A stretch of DNA of 64,000 nt from a virus. Location of the stretch: the IMG/VR virus record IMGVR_UViG_3300045988_011398; one strand, given 5' to 3'. Shown in pieces: positions 49,101-57,300 of this stretch. Both the position numbers and the translations under genes were made by a program. Each line of letters begins with the position of its first letter. Within the stretch, counting starts at the first letter, position 1. Under the pieces are notes generated by a model that did no database searches, was not told where the DNA came from, and was given only the letters and a program-made list of their open reading frames with translations.

Positions 49101-50065
49101 GCAGTAAGAATAGGTATATTCATAAGCAGGTCTGCATTACCCATCTTTAGTCTGTCTTCAGTTAATTTACCAAGAGTAGCTTCATAATTGGCATTCTCTT
49201 GTGCAATCATTCTATTGTGCATCTCAGGGCCCAAGTACATACCATCAATAGCTTGAAGTCTTGCAGTATGCTGGTCATCAAGTTGAGTCTTATGTAGATT
49301 AAACCAGTCTGTAGAATTGTTCAATGCCTCTATTCTACCTTCATTCACAGCAGAGACAGTAGCACCTACACTTGATGTTACAATAGCAGGTGCTCTGGAA
49401 GACTTAGCTATAGCACCTATAATCTGAGGCAACTTTGTAGCTTTTAGCCCTGCACCTACAACACCACCACCATAGAATGCACCAACAGTGAAACCTAAGT
49501 TCTTTATGAACTTGTCCCCTAAGAAATTGGCAGTGAATATGTTTTCATACCAAGGTTCATTTCTCTCAGCATCAGTATAATAGTTAGGAAGTGCTTCCTC
49601 AGACCACTCATTAATAGATTGCATTGCTTTGCTAAATGGGTTATCCCATAGGGCAGAACCTCTACCCTCTGCAATAGCTTGTGCTCCACCAAGTACCAAC
49701 CCTAATGTACCATCAAGGAATGTAGTACCTGCAAGAATTACACCCTTAGCCAAACCTGCACCAATCTGTGCATACCAAGGCTGTAATTCTCTTCTTGTAT
49801 TAGCCAAGTTATCAAGTTGTGTAGCTGAGGTAATATCTTCATCAAACATACTGTCATTGACCCCAACAAAGCCTATATCCTGTCTTGGAGTTGCAGTTCT
49901 GTTGATTTCCTGCATTGTACCTCTATAGTCTCTGGCAAGACCAAGAATAGAGGTATCAATATTGATACCCCTTTCTCTTAGTCTATTAATACCATCCAGA
50001 CCTCTCAAACCTCCAGTCCCTTGTGTAGAAGGGTCTTGTATTTGTTGATTATCTGCTGCTGCCAT
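43151..50065 (-). CDS. Giant polyvalent virion/ejection protein with a RecB-like PD-(D/E)XK nuclease motif set and a zincin (HExxH) domain
   Basis: 2304 aa. Gly-rich hydrophobic N-terminal segments and long coiled coils. GEVDILSVDADGNFRIYDVKTS (nt about 44703-44762) is followed by YTLQLSAY. YHEAFH lies near the C-terminus (nt 43604-43618). Confidence 0.55.
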   Translation of the reverse strand: MAAADNQQIQDPSTQGTGGLRGLDGINRLRERGINIDTSILGLARDYRGTMQEINRTATPRQDIGFVGVNDSMFDEDITSATQLDNLANTRRELQPWYAQIGAGLAKGVILAGTTFLDGTLGLVLGGAQAIAEGRGSALWDNPFSKAMQSINEWSEEALPNYYTDAERNEPWYENIFTANFLGDKFIKNLGFTVGAFYGGGVVGAGLKATKLPQIIGAIAKSSRAPAIVTSSVGATVSAVNEGRIEALNNSTDWFNLHKTQLDDQHTARLQAIDGMYLGPEMHNRMIAQENANYEATLGKLTEDRLKMGNADLLMNIPILTASNLIQFGRMYANGFKTARKATNIVGKAGEYTTGRTTGKGIARATLSPLSEGLEEISQGAASRIFGNYYEDDVNNFYKAKIDSQAEQETLSWMKSFAQGINETVNDGSSWEEFFIGTLTGALGMPRFRGIRSSEGRLQSPVTLEGGTIGEFREYRDKMNRENEIANYMNERVQSPEFINYYQGLIRHNKYQNDMNQAVENNDEFEFKNAEHAQLISDIAMFDNAGKLEDLTTLINSAYDTSDENLASIVENTTSTITDENGKEAKVGPFIDKNGNPMYSTPEGKQEMIDKLTQTRDEMLNTITNYTKIKDDIDVRTGQQLSDEQLEELTWLKSQIGNWQDRANQLSSEVKPTIGTVLGSMSQLADMYNSIKTEEGKAHAGLSDLYNSADKNERQIRKNMSILETVRGLDDKTFAYLLSSDPKLVEGIKSVIESPLSGVTADDAQAFNEKIDDIVKLVDATGKYNTKLKEYLENPAKLQEDIVSSTENIAKEEAKKKSDNLKSRLLSATNLSEFRQALNEEEDAATREETLKSLEDEGNEMAKNYREVNAYNTDVQRAINSLDESPAVKADALKLLQDQFENSSNLNEIANPNSIYVDNADALYDDNLTPEENAVKFQEAQYALLRAMNQINNENRFKDRFSQDYRTLREKGKPNPKAPTKDTTGDSGTSTIPPVSTEGLPVVTYEPPVGNVTATQVKDENKETNNRVETPQSLDSKQKSRRPYYRPSIPELHIQASKEGDFRPFNVVAAEREKGVNFDELYNYLRDNGAFTYVNEGNLKAGDELGFMIDPEFNDHTIFIVDRRNNQIVGSLDESDYSVDRYEGLAGLEEKIKAEFAQRSDKSKRFIATPTTRVSQVMVGRIPYSTEERSLANIPNVSGEGRAPIFGIIKNGTLATNGRLDDSLIIKPVDMAQKEGRMYLLIPNAAGKYSPAAVRVKHFNKTEFNPEDVEVQSTQVYKNIQESIDALANSLSEDDLNNAVKSLATNLYTGDLHIDWFTSDSGNGIRFTKVQRDAQGNEIYEEKDGKRIRKETVKTVFLTEKWDQNTLFSITGNEEVQTEPASKSIEDVSKEISEILLDFNLPIQVNLGMLNRGGYNNVLINSNVLTSNISDARVISSWFTTDYFDVEGNLHQAINPASVTPDTTRKIETPVGGTEGVITGTKVVVDGATYGVDLTTGVIYGSNNQRVYPKNAQLISDLAWASANFGDATNGSLIWNNKILLPSGQVLDRGTQKYLTGKEAQEVKDKIAGRERTVGDSKKVIAQIAENQKKVDKTRTDGEFYYILEEDGQYHKYERVHSRLGSNWIESKKQTDALKDIRVRLSQLADNVTQYNNYLKYLGNHWKVDLSAFSGKIDARSRDTIVNIIRDSMSGTNSQRALNAGTAVDSVIRNFFTSNDTPVKPDNMSEKAFTDLIASLTEIRSNIEARGERFLTNNIVLFQKYADGTRVAGEVDILSVDADGNFRIYDVKTSRYSFYDFTDRYGHRVNYFTSPSATQRMSAKDYYTLQLSAYKNLFESQYHTPITTLAVLPFVLNYNKDVVDGVTKEKGIMITYNPAVNVPLVGAVKASEPTPTNSTVPVFNSALETQDPVNDVLPEYSLEDSKVGYFVRDGKLHKSYLTPIGKVNGVEVYMAKIPTITKGFGRQGEEAHVASNSYMAVFPNGNSITLIKNDPMTMTEQQAKDTIKKMLNGNPQRVVDMSNEKTLIFDPSSAPVVEAPKTETPATILSTPTESGAAKAAQAEQAVNENDDEFEDDLDLGSLRRVDDETRGTWNQEKELAWIKKVLPQLSDNDRVRVIKGLIRVGNQGALAWGQFNNGIITLSDIAAEGTTYHEAFHAVFQLLLDNNERQALLAEAKEMYGNKDDASLEEDMAEGFREYVMTRGNRGIGRKILDFFKDLFAKVTNWNNMRPHLIDYYRNINEGKYSSSNYKVPSLSQMRESKKQDTTSFESLDAEIQESLLNKGWTQEKFDAVSQQERDQAVKCIAL

Positions 50066-50067
50066 AT

Positions 50068-51753
50068 TTATTCCTCTTTACTAAATGTATTACTTTGTCT
50101 CTTCTCAAGAGTATTGTACCTCTTATAGAATGCTTCCATAGTAGCATCAATAAGTGTGGTAGCCAACTCATCTTCTCCATTTTCCAAAGCTACTTTAATA
50201 GCCTGCTGTGCTCTACTGAATGTTCTGTTCTGGTCATCAAGCAATTCAGTATCAAGTATTGCTGACCTTGTTTTACCTTTACTATCAGTAGAATTGATAA
50301 TGAATCCCAAATCAGGGTCAAAATCTATATCAGCATCTGATGTGAAGTAATTATTCAAATCTTCAATATCTACCTCATCACCCTTCTTATTATCATCAAG
50401 TTCCCATAGACCAGTGCTATTAGACCTTCTATAATATGACCTTGTATTCTCTTTCAATACCTGAGTTATCAAGTCACTCTGAGTGATATTAGGCTTATAA
50501 GAAAAAGCTCTTACTGCACTACTTCTAATATCATTTTCAAGTTTTTGGGCAAGCTCTCCAAGATTACCTCCTGTCAATACACCGTCTGTTAGGGTATAAC
50601 TTACATTTCCATATCTTTTTGATAACTCAGTTAATTTTTCTCTGTAAGGATAGTATGTTTCCTGCCTTGTAGGTCCTGTGCCAGTGTCTATCCAGAAATT
50701 AGTCATTGGGTCAGGATTTATCAAGTGAGGCTCTCTTACTGTCCTTGTAGATGCTTGGTCAAGTAAAGCTGGATTAGCCAGTACCTCTCTTAATACTTGC
50801 AGGTCAGTATTCATTTGAGTAGTCTTCTTGTCACCATCTACAGTAGTTTTAGGAACAGCTCTATAATAGAGTCTTGCTTTCTCTTCTGCCTCTTTTGCAG
50901 CTCTGGCTCTTGCCTCTTTATTTCTTGCAAGTTGGTCTTGCATTGCATAGTCATAAGCCTTATTAGACTGTATCTGATATTGAGTCTCTCCTACTGCATT
51001 CCATAGTCCTTGTCTTGCATATTCATAAGCTCTATTAAGAGTGGCTTGGTCTCCCCAGCTTGATATATTTGAGCTACCTACTGCATCCTCAACAATACCT
51101 TTTAATACTGAAGAAGCATTAGGGTCATTCTGCAATACCTGAATAATCTCTTCAGGTCTATATCCCTTCTGCATGATAGTTTCAAAGTACTGATTACCAA
51201 GAATAGTTCTCCACTTTCTTGGATTATCTCTCATTTCCTTAGCCAAGTTCTGAGCAGCAGTCCCTACTTGTTTTGCAAGAGTGGCACCTGAATATGATTG
51301 ATATGTAAGTTGAGGATTCTTAATCAAATCATCAAGACTGAGCATAGAGGCATTCCTATCAAACATAAGTGTGTTATCCTGTGCCAACAACTTTCTTTGC
51401 TCATCAATCAATTCCTGTCTTCTCTTATATGCCTGTTCTATAGGGACTATATCACTTGAGTATCTTTGCTTCATTCTCAGCATATTCTGTCTACTTGCAG
51501 GAGTAAGACCCTCTCTTGCTAATTGACCAGCCTGTTCCTCAAGGTCATTTGAATATGTCTTGTACATCTTGTAAGCATAAGGGTCAGTCTGCTCATTAGC
51601 CATTTCATCCCATACATTAGCCTTAGTTGCCAACTCAGCATATTCATTCTCAACTTCCTGATGTGCCAATGTTGCCATTTGTACTGGCTGAAGCATCTCT
51701 GCATAAGAGAAAGGTTTGAATTTACTATTTACTACAATATAATTTGCTGCCAT
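50068..51753 (-). CDS. Internal virion/ejection protein candidate
   Basis: 561-aa ORF packed between two other large late genes. No motif recognised. Confidence 0.4.
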   Translation of the reverse strand: MAANYIVVNSKFKPFSYAEMLQPVQMATLAHQEVENEYAELATKANVWDEMANEQTDPYAYKMYKTYSNDLEEQAGQLAREGLTPASRQNMLRMKQRYSSDIVPIEQAYKRRQELIDEQRKLLAQDNTLMFDRNASMLSLDDLIKNPQLTYQSYSGATLAKQVGTAAQNLAKEMRDNPRKWRTILGNQYFETIMQKGYRPEEIIQVLQNDPNASSVLKGIVEDAVGSSNISSWGDQATLNRAYEYARQGLWNAVGETQYQIQSNKAYDYAMQDQLARNKEARARAAKEAEEKARLYYRAVPKTTVDGDKKTTQMNTDLQVLREVLANPALLDQASTRTVREPHLINPDPMTNFWIDTGTGPTRQETYYPYREKLTELSKRYGNVSYTLTDGVLTGGNLGELAQKLENDIRSSAVRAFSYKPNITQSDLITQVLKENTRSYYRRSNSTGLWELDDNKKGDEVDIEDLNNYFTSDADIDFDPDLGFIINSTDSKGKTRSAILDTELLDDQNRTFSRAQQAIKVALENGEDELATTLIDATMEAFYKRYNTLEKRQSNTFSKEE

Positions 51754-51754
51754 A

Positions 51755-54259
51755 TTACTTACCTTTTCTTATAGTTAAATAACCTCCCTTAGCTTTCTTC
51801 TTTCCCTTAGCTTTATTAGCAGCATCTCTTACTACCTTCTTCTCAGCCTCACTCAAATCCTCATAACCATTCTTATAAGTTATTCTACCACTACTGTCAA
51901 TAGAATAGTAGAGTGCAGGATTTGTTTGAATCATATTTCTGCTGAACTCTTCTCTACCTATCTCACCAAGTGAGTCAAACAGATTAGTAAGATTAGCTGC
52001 TCTACCAGCAGAAGACCTTGCATCAGCTTGGTCTCTTAATTGAGCCTGTGTGGTTCTTGCCTGCAATCTCAATTTATCATTTGCCTGATTAGCTATGCTT
52101 GCTTTAAGACCCATTTCAGAATTGAACTGATTAGTTCCTCTATTGAATGTCTCAACCTCTTTTCTTTGATTGAAGTTGTATTCCTCAGCCTGTCTTGCAA
52201 GGTCTCCTAATACATTCTGAGCATTATAGTCTGCTGCCAATAAACCTGCTAATGCAGTAGCTCTGTTACCACCTGATTGATTTACTATTGCTCTTCTTGT
52301 TGCACCTGCTTGTGCATTTAGCTTGTTTATATAATAGTTTCTATCTAATGGTCTGTAAGTTAAATAATTACCAATAGGAGTAAATTCTACATTGGTTAAA
52401 TTGTCCACTGCACTACCTACCAAGTCAGCATTACCATAGTCAGGACTATTAGTCCATTCCAGTGCATCAGTCAATACACCAAGACCTGCTCCTACTGCTG
52501 GGGCATATCTCAACCATGTAAGTCCCCTACCTTGTCTTGAAGAGTTAGTATTTGGGTCTTCTGTGTCAGTATCACTTCCTGCATCACCTGTAATGGCAGA
52601 TGGATTGAATTGAATAGGCTTAATATTTTCATCCATCCATCTCTCAGCAGGAGTTCTTGTATCAACCAAAGAAGGAACTTCAAGATTGAAACTTGCTGTT
52701 CTTTCTTCAGGGGTCATCATACTGTAAGGCTTTTGGAAAGCAGGAAGTTCATAAGTAGGAACAACCCCTTGTCTCTGTAATGTTCTTAACCATCTTTCTT
52801 GTGGAGTATAGAACTGAAGAAGATTAGGTTCATCACCCTCACCATCATACTTTCTGCCTATCTTACCACCATGTGCATACTTATTACCTCCTCTGTTCTC
52901 TTCCATTCTCACTTGTTCCTGAGCTTGTTGCAATCTTGTCATTGCACTCATCAATCCTCTTTTACTGATAGGGTCATTAGGTCTTTCAGAAGATTCTTTA
53001 CTTAACCTCTCTGCTATATCAGCAAATGAGTGGTCTGCATAAGTGGTAGGAAGATTATGTGCTGCAAGTAATCCACCTGTAGCAAATAGTCTATTGCTGA
53101 ATACATAGTTATTGAACTTAACCTCACCTTGCTCAACAAGATTAGGAGTACCATCAGGAGCTACACCCATAGGTACACCTTCCATAGGATTCTCTTCATG
53201 AGTACCACCATTACCTATGATAGTAACCCCATTAGAAAAGTCTCCACCATGCTGACCTATATTAGGAACTGAGGTATATAGATTACCTCCTTCATCATAT
53301 AGATAACCACCAAAAGCATGATGCCACTTTCTTGCATTAGCAGCAAATGTGGCTCTCTTTCTTACAGCAGCACTCTTACTTCTCTTGCCTCTTGCAATAC
53401 ATTCAGATGTGACCTTTCCACCACAGTAGTCAGTGAACTTACCTCTATTAGCCTTCTTGATATGTATCTTACCTCCTTTAGCAAATACAGCAAGCTCTGG
53501 TGTCTCAAATGAGTTGGGCATTGAAGACATCTTATATTTACTCATAGCACTTAATTGTTTGTTATATAAGTCCTCTTTGGCAAGCTCATAATCAATAGCC
53601 CCACTGCCAAAGATATTTATAGGACCTCCATAAGCAGAGAAGTTAGCAAGCATATTAAGGTCATTTTGTGTATCAATATTTCCAGCCTTATCTTCCAATG
53701 CAACCATATTCTTTTCATTAGCTGCATTTATCTGCTTATTGAATTTCTTAGCTTTCTTCTTAGCTTTGCTATTACCACTAATCCAGCCTGCAATAGAACT
53801 ACCCAGACCAACCACACCACCCACAATAGCACCAATAGGTCCACCTACAGAAGCACCTGCTGCTGCACCTGAACCTGCTGCACCAATAGTATTGCCAATT
53901 CTCTGACCAGTGCTTCCTCCTCTAATATCCTTCCAAGATATATTCTCCATTGGGGAAAACATTCCCCATTCACTCATCAGGTCATCATTATTATTGGCTT
54001 GTACTGTGTATGTCTGTGCTTGCTTTATTTCTCCTTCAAGGTCAGAGGTGTCAGCTATTTGGGCATTTTGAATGCCAGCATTTACTATTGTGCCTACTGC
54101 TGAACCTATTCCTCCAATGGTACTTCCTAAATTCTGACCACTGAAAGCACTTTGAGCTGAGGACTTAGCCTGCTGACCCCAAGTCTGCTTAGTGTCTCCA
54201 CCATCTGCAAAGAGATTAAGAGTTCTATTAGACTTTCTTATAATCTTTTTCTTAGCCAT
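51755..54259 (-). CDS. Glycine-zipper-rich virion/ejection protein candidate
   Basis: 834 aa. The N-terminal third contains GxxxG-rich hydrophobic stretches (GGIGSAVGTIV; GAAGSGAAAGASVGGPIGAIVGGVVGLGSSIAGW). Confidence 0.4.
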   Translation of the reverse strand: MAKKKIIRKSNRTLNLFADGGDTKQTWGQQAKSSAQSAFSGQNLGSTIGGIGSAVGTIVNAGIQNAQIADTSDLEGEIKQAQTYTVQANNNDDLMSEWGMFSPMENISWKDIRGGSTGQRIGNTIGAAGSGAAAGASVGGPIGAIVGGVVGLGSSIAGWISGNSKAKKKAKKFNKQINAANEKNMVALEDKAGNIDTQNDLNMLANFSAYGGPINIFGSGAIDYELAKEDLYNKQLSAMSKYKMSSMPNSFETPELAVFAKGGKIHIKKANRGKFTDYCGGKVTSECIARGKRSKSAAVRKRATFAANARKWHHAFGGYLYDEGGNLYTSVPNIGQHGGDFSNGVTIIGNGGTHEENPMEGVPMGVAPDGTPNLVEQGEVKFNNYVFSNRLFATGGLLAAHNLPTTYADHSFADIAERLSKESSERPNDPISKRGLMSAMTRLQQAQEQVRMEENRGGNKYAHGGKIGRKYDGEGDEPNLLQFYTPQERWLRTLQRQGVVPTYELPAFQKPYSMMTPEERTASFNLEVPSLVDTRTPAERWMDENIKPIQFNPSAITGDAGSDTDTEDPNTNSSRQGRGLTWLRYAPAVGAGLGVLTDALEWTNSPDYGNADLVGSAVDNLTNVEFTPIGNYLTYRPLDRNYYINKLNAQAGATRRAIVNQSGGNRATALAGLLAADYNAQNVLGDLARQAEEYNFNQRKEVETFNRGTNQFNSEMGLKASIANQANDKLRLQARTTQAQLRDQADARSSAGRAANLTNLFDSLGEIGREEFSRNMIQTNPALYYSIDSSGRITYKNGYEDLSEAEKKVVRDAANKAKGKKKAKGGYLTIRKGK

Positions 54260-54277
54260 ATCACATTAATTTGATTA

Positions 54278-54285
54278 CAAAGGTA
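54278..54285 (-). promoter_or_regulatory. Bacteroidota-type -7 promoter box TAccTTTG (minus strand)
   Basis: The reverse complement of caaaggta is TAccTTTG. It lies about 19 nt upstream of the ATG at 54259. Confidence 0.5.
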
Positions 54286-54318
54286 AGTAATTATATTGAG
54301 ATTACCAACCCTTTATGT

Positions 54319-54361
54319 AAAAAAGTAAGGGTGAGCAAATGAAATTATTTACTCACCCTTA
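54319..54361 (-). terminator. Rho-independent terminator (minus strand)
   Basis: Stem taagggtgag (54326-54335) pairs with ctcaccctta (54352-54361). A T6 run follows on the minus strand (54319-54324), just after the stop at 54368. Confidence 0.75.
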
Positions 54362-54367
54362 AATATA

Positions 54368-57300
54368 CTATTCAAAATAGTGTACTATCATATCATGAAG
54401 CACAGTCTTATTTGTATTCTCACCTTCCATTGACAACTTAATATATAGCCAAGGGTTCCTCATTCTATCCCTACCATTAGTGCTGGCTCTTGGTATATTA
54501 GCTCTCCATATTCTGAACTTCTTCTTTAACTCAGAAGGTCTTCCAAGTATGTTATTGAGAGTTGCAGTACCAGTTTGGTACTCATTCCAAGTAGTCAAAG
54601 TATCAAATGTAGTATTAAGTAAAGTACTTCCATTCCATGAATCTGCCCTAAATTCAATATTATTGAATATCTTGTCCTCTGGCATATCAGGGTTAGCTAT
54701 CACAGTAGTATAAAATGGTTGGTACTTATTGAAGAACATATTGTAATTGCCTTCATTATGCAACCATGCTTTATATATTGTACCCCCCTTAGCAGTGTTA
54801 AGAGCTATTCCTCTATCTTCAAGATTGATAAAATATGGCATGTGCTCATAACTATAGAATGAGGTAAACTGAGCAACAGGCTCAGAAAATGCAAGACACT
54901 CATCTTTTGATATAAAGAACACATCTCCATTTACCTTATCATAGTAAGTTACAAACCCATTGAAATCTACAGGGTTCCAAATATTAATACCAGTAGATTT
55001 AGCATTTATCCATGAGTGGAATCCTAATCTATCAGATAGATTATCTAATTTACCATTAAATAGGAATATACCCTTAGTAGTATCATCTATAAAGTAAATG
55101 CCATTAGAGGTTTCACACATTGACCATTTATTAGCACATCCTATCTTATCTGATAAATATCTCTTACCATTGACTTTACCACTGTTAGCTATCTCAATAG
55201 GAACTCCTTCAGTTGAAGTAATCTGCATATTTTCATTGTACAGAATCTGACTTATGCCTCTATCTTGAAAAGCAATGAGAGTATTATTAAATCTTCTTAT
55301 TGCTCTCACATCTCCCTTGTCTCCATCAAGGTCAAGAGTAGATGCTAATGTGATATTAGTCCATGTGTCAATTAATTCTCCAGCAGTCTTGGTCTTAGTC
55401 CATGTGATTGAGTTGTGGAAATTATCCAGATTCAATTTATTTGGATTGACTGTTCTGTAATTGAAGAAATTATTCTGTTGGCTATATACATCATTCATCA
55501 AGTTGAAGTTAGTAGGAGTTACAGCAAAGTTATTTGTCTGTCCTCTATTCCTATCATATCTTCCATCAATGTTTACTCTTGTTTCACACATGAATGATAC
55601 AATATCAGTAATGGCATTCTGGTCTTCAAGAGTAAATGGATAGGTCTTCAGGTGGTCATATCTCTGATAATATGTGTCTCCCTCAGTCCATGTTATAGCA
55701 ACACTACTCTTAACACCATTAGTGTCATTTATTAATGACACAGGGTCTCCACATGGAAGCCATTGATTATTTTCAAATGCTTCCTCAGTCTGACCTCCGA
55801 ACCTGTTAGTAACCTCTGGATTGTATATCTCACCTAACCACAACCACCCATATTCAATAGAATATCCATTGAATGAGCCATTTAGATTAGATAGTGGAAT
55901 ATCAAGAATACTCTGATAAGTACCTGCACATACCTTATTCTTATCCCAAAAGGCATGTTGTCCAGATGATATGCTTCCAGCAACATTTACATTCCATAAT
56001 TCTGTAGTAGAAGGGTATGATATGTCACCATCTTTAATGGTTGGTAAAATACATTGGTAGTGGTTCTCAGTAAAATTCAAAGCAATGACAGCATGAGGAG
56101 TTGATTTGTACTTCATTCTAACAGGGTCTACACCAGTAACTTGGTCTGTAAATCTACCATCAATCTGTATATAATTACCACTGAATAAGGAGTGTGCATT
56201 AGTGTCAGCATTCTGTACTCCAGTAGTCATTATAGGGTATCCTTCTTTCTTATCTCCTATTCTTGATATATTGATAATTTTATCTACATTACCATAGTAG
56301 TTTATATCCCCTAATCCAGAGTTCTTTTGGGCAGGCAGTCTTACAAGTGAGACTTCATCAGAATCAAACACTACAATACCTGACACACCTGTCTTATATC
56401 CACTTCCCTCTCTATAGAAATTATATACACTTCCTGAGTCCAAGAAATAAGTATTGTAAGAAAATCTCATATTTGAAATCTTCTTTTTATCAAGCATAGC
56501 AGGTCTGTATCCATCTGTAGCCCATTTCTTATTATTCAAAGAACCATTTCTGTGGAATGGATATACAACAAATCCTGTTGTATAGTGGTTTGAGTTTCCT
56601 GTATCTTTCTTGTAATCAGATAATTCATCAAACCAGAATCCACCAGACATCAATCCTCTCCATCCAAATCTTGATATATTCTCAGAACTTACAGGCTCTT
56701 TGTAGAATCCCGGAGCTACCTCACTACTATCATAGTAGTTGTTAGCTGGTGTGGAGGTTTGAATATCAATATCTCCAATGAATGCTGTAAGTGGAACCAT
56801 TCCTACAATCCTTAATTGCAGTCCTGAGGTATCTATACTTCTTACATTATTATCAAACTCTATATCTGGAGAGTGTAATGTAACAATAGATTGGTCTATA
56901 TAGAAATTCTCAGCATTTTGAGATACCCAAGCATTTACATCTGCTTCAGATGCAGTATCTGATACACTTGGCTTGCTTGGTGGATTCCATATACATTGTA
57001 TTTCAGCATTTCTTTCACTATTTGAAGGTATTGGGTGTAGGTGTCTGAACTCAGCCCAAGCTCCTTTATTTGGCAATTCCATTATAAATGGAGTGCCATC
57101 ATAATTCACATTGGTTCTGCTATTACTCATTACTCCTGCTCTTGAATTAGGAGTAGGGTCATGTAGTGGACCATTTTCTCTATCCCACCAGTCACCACCC
57201 CATTTTCCTGAAGAGTCCTGAGTATAGTGGTGAGCCTTATATTCATCAAATGGAGCATTTGCCCTTATAAACCAAGATGATTGGGCAAATGGGGAATTAC

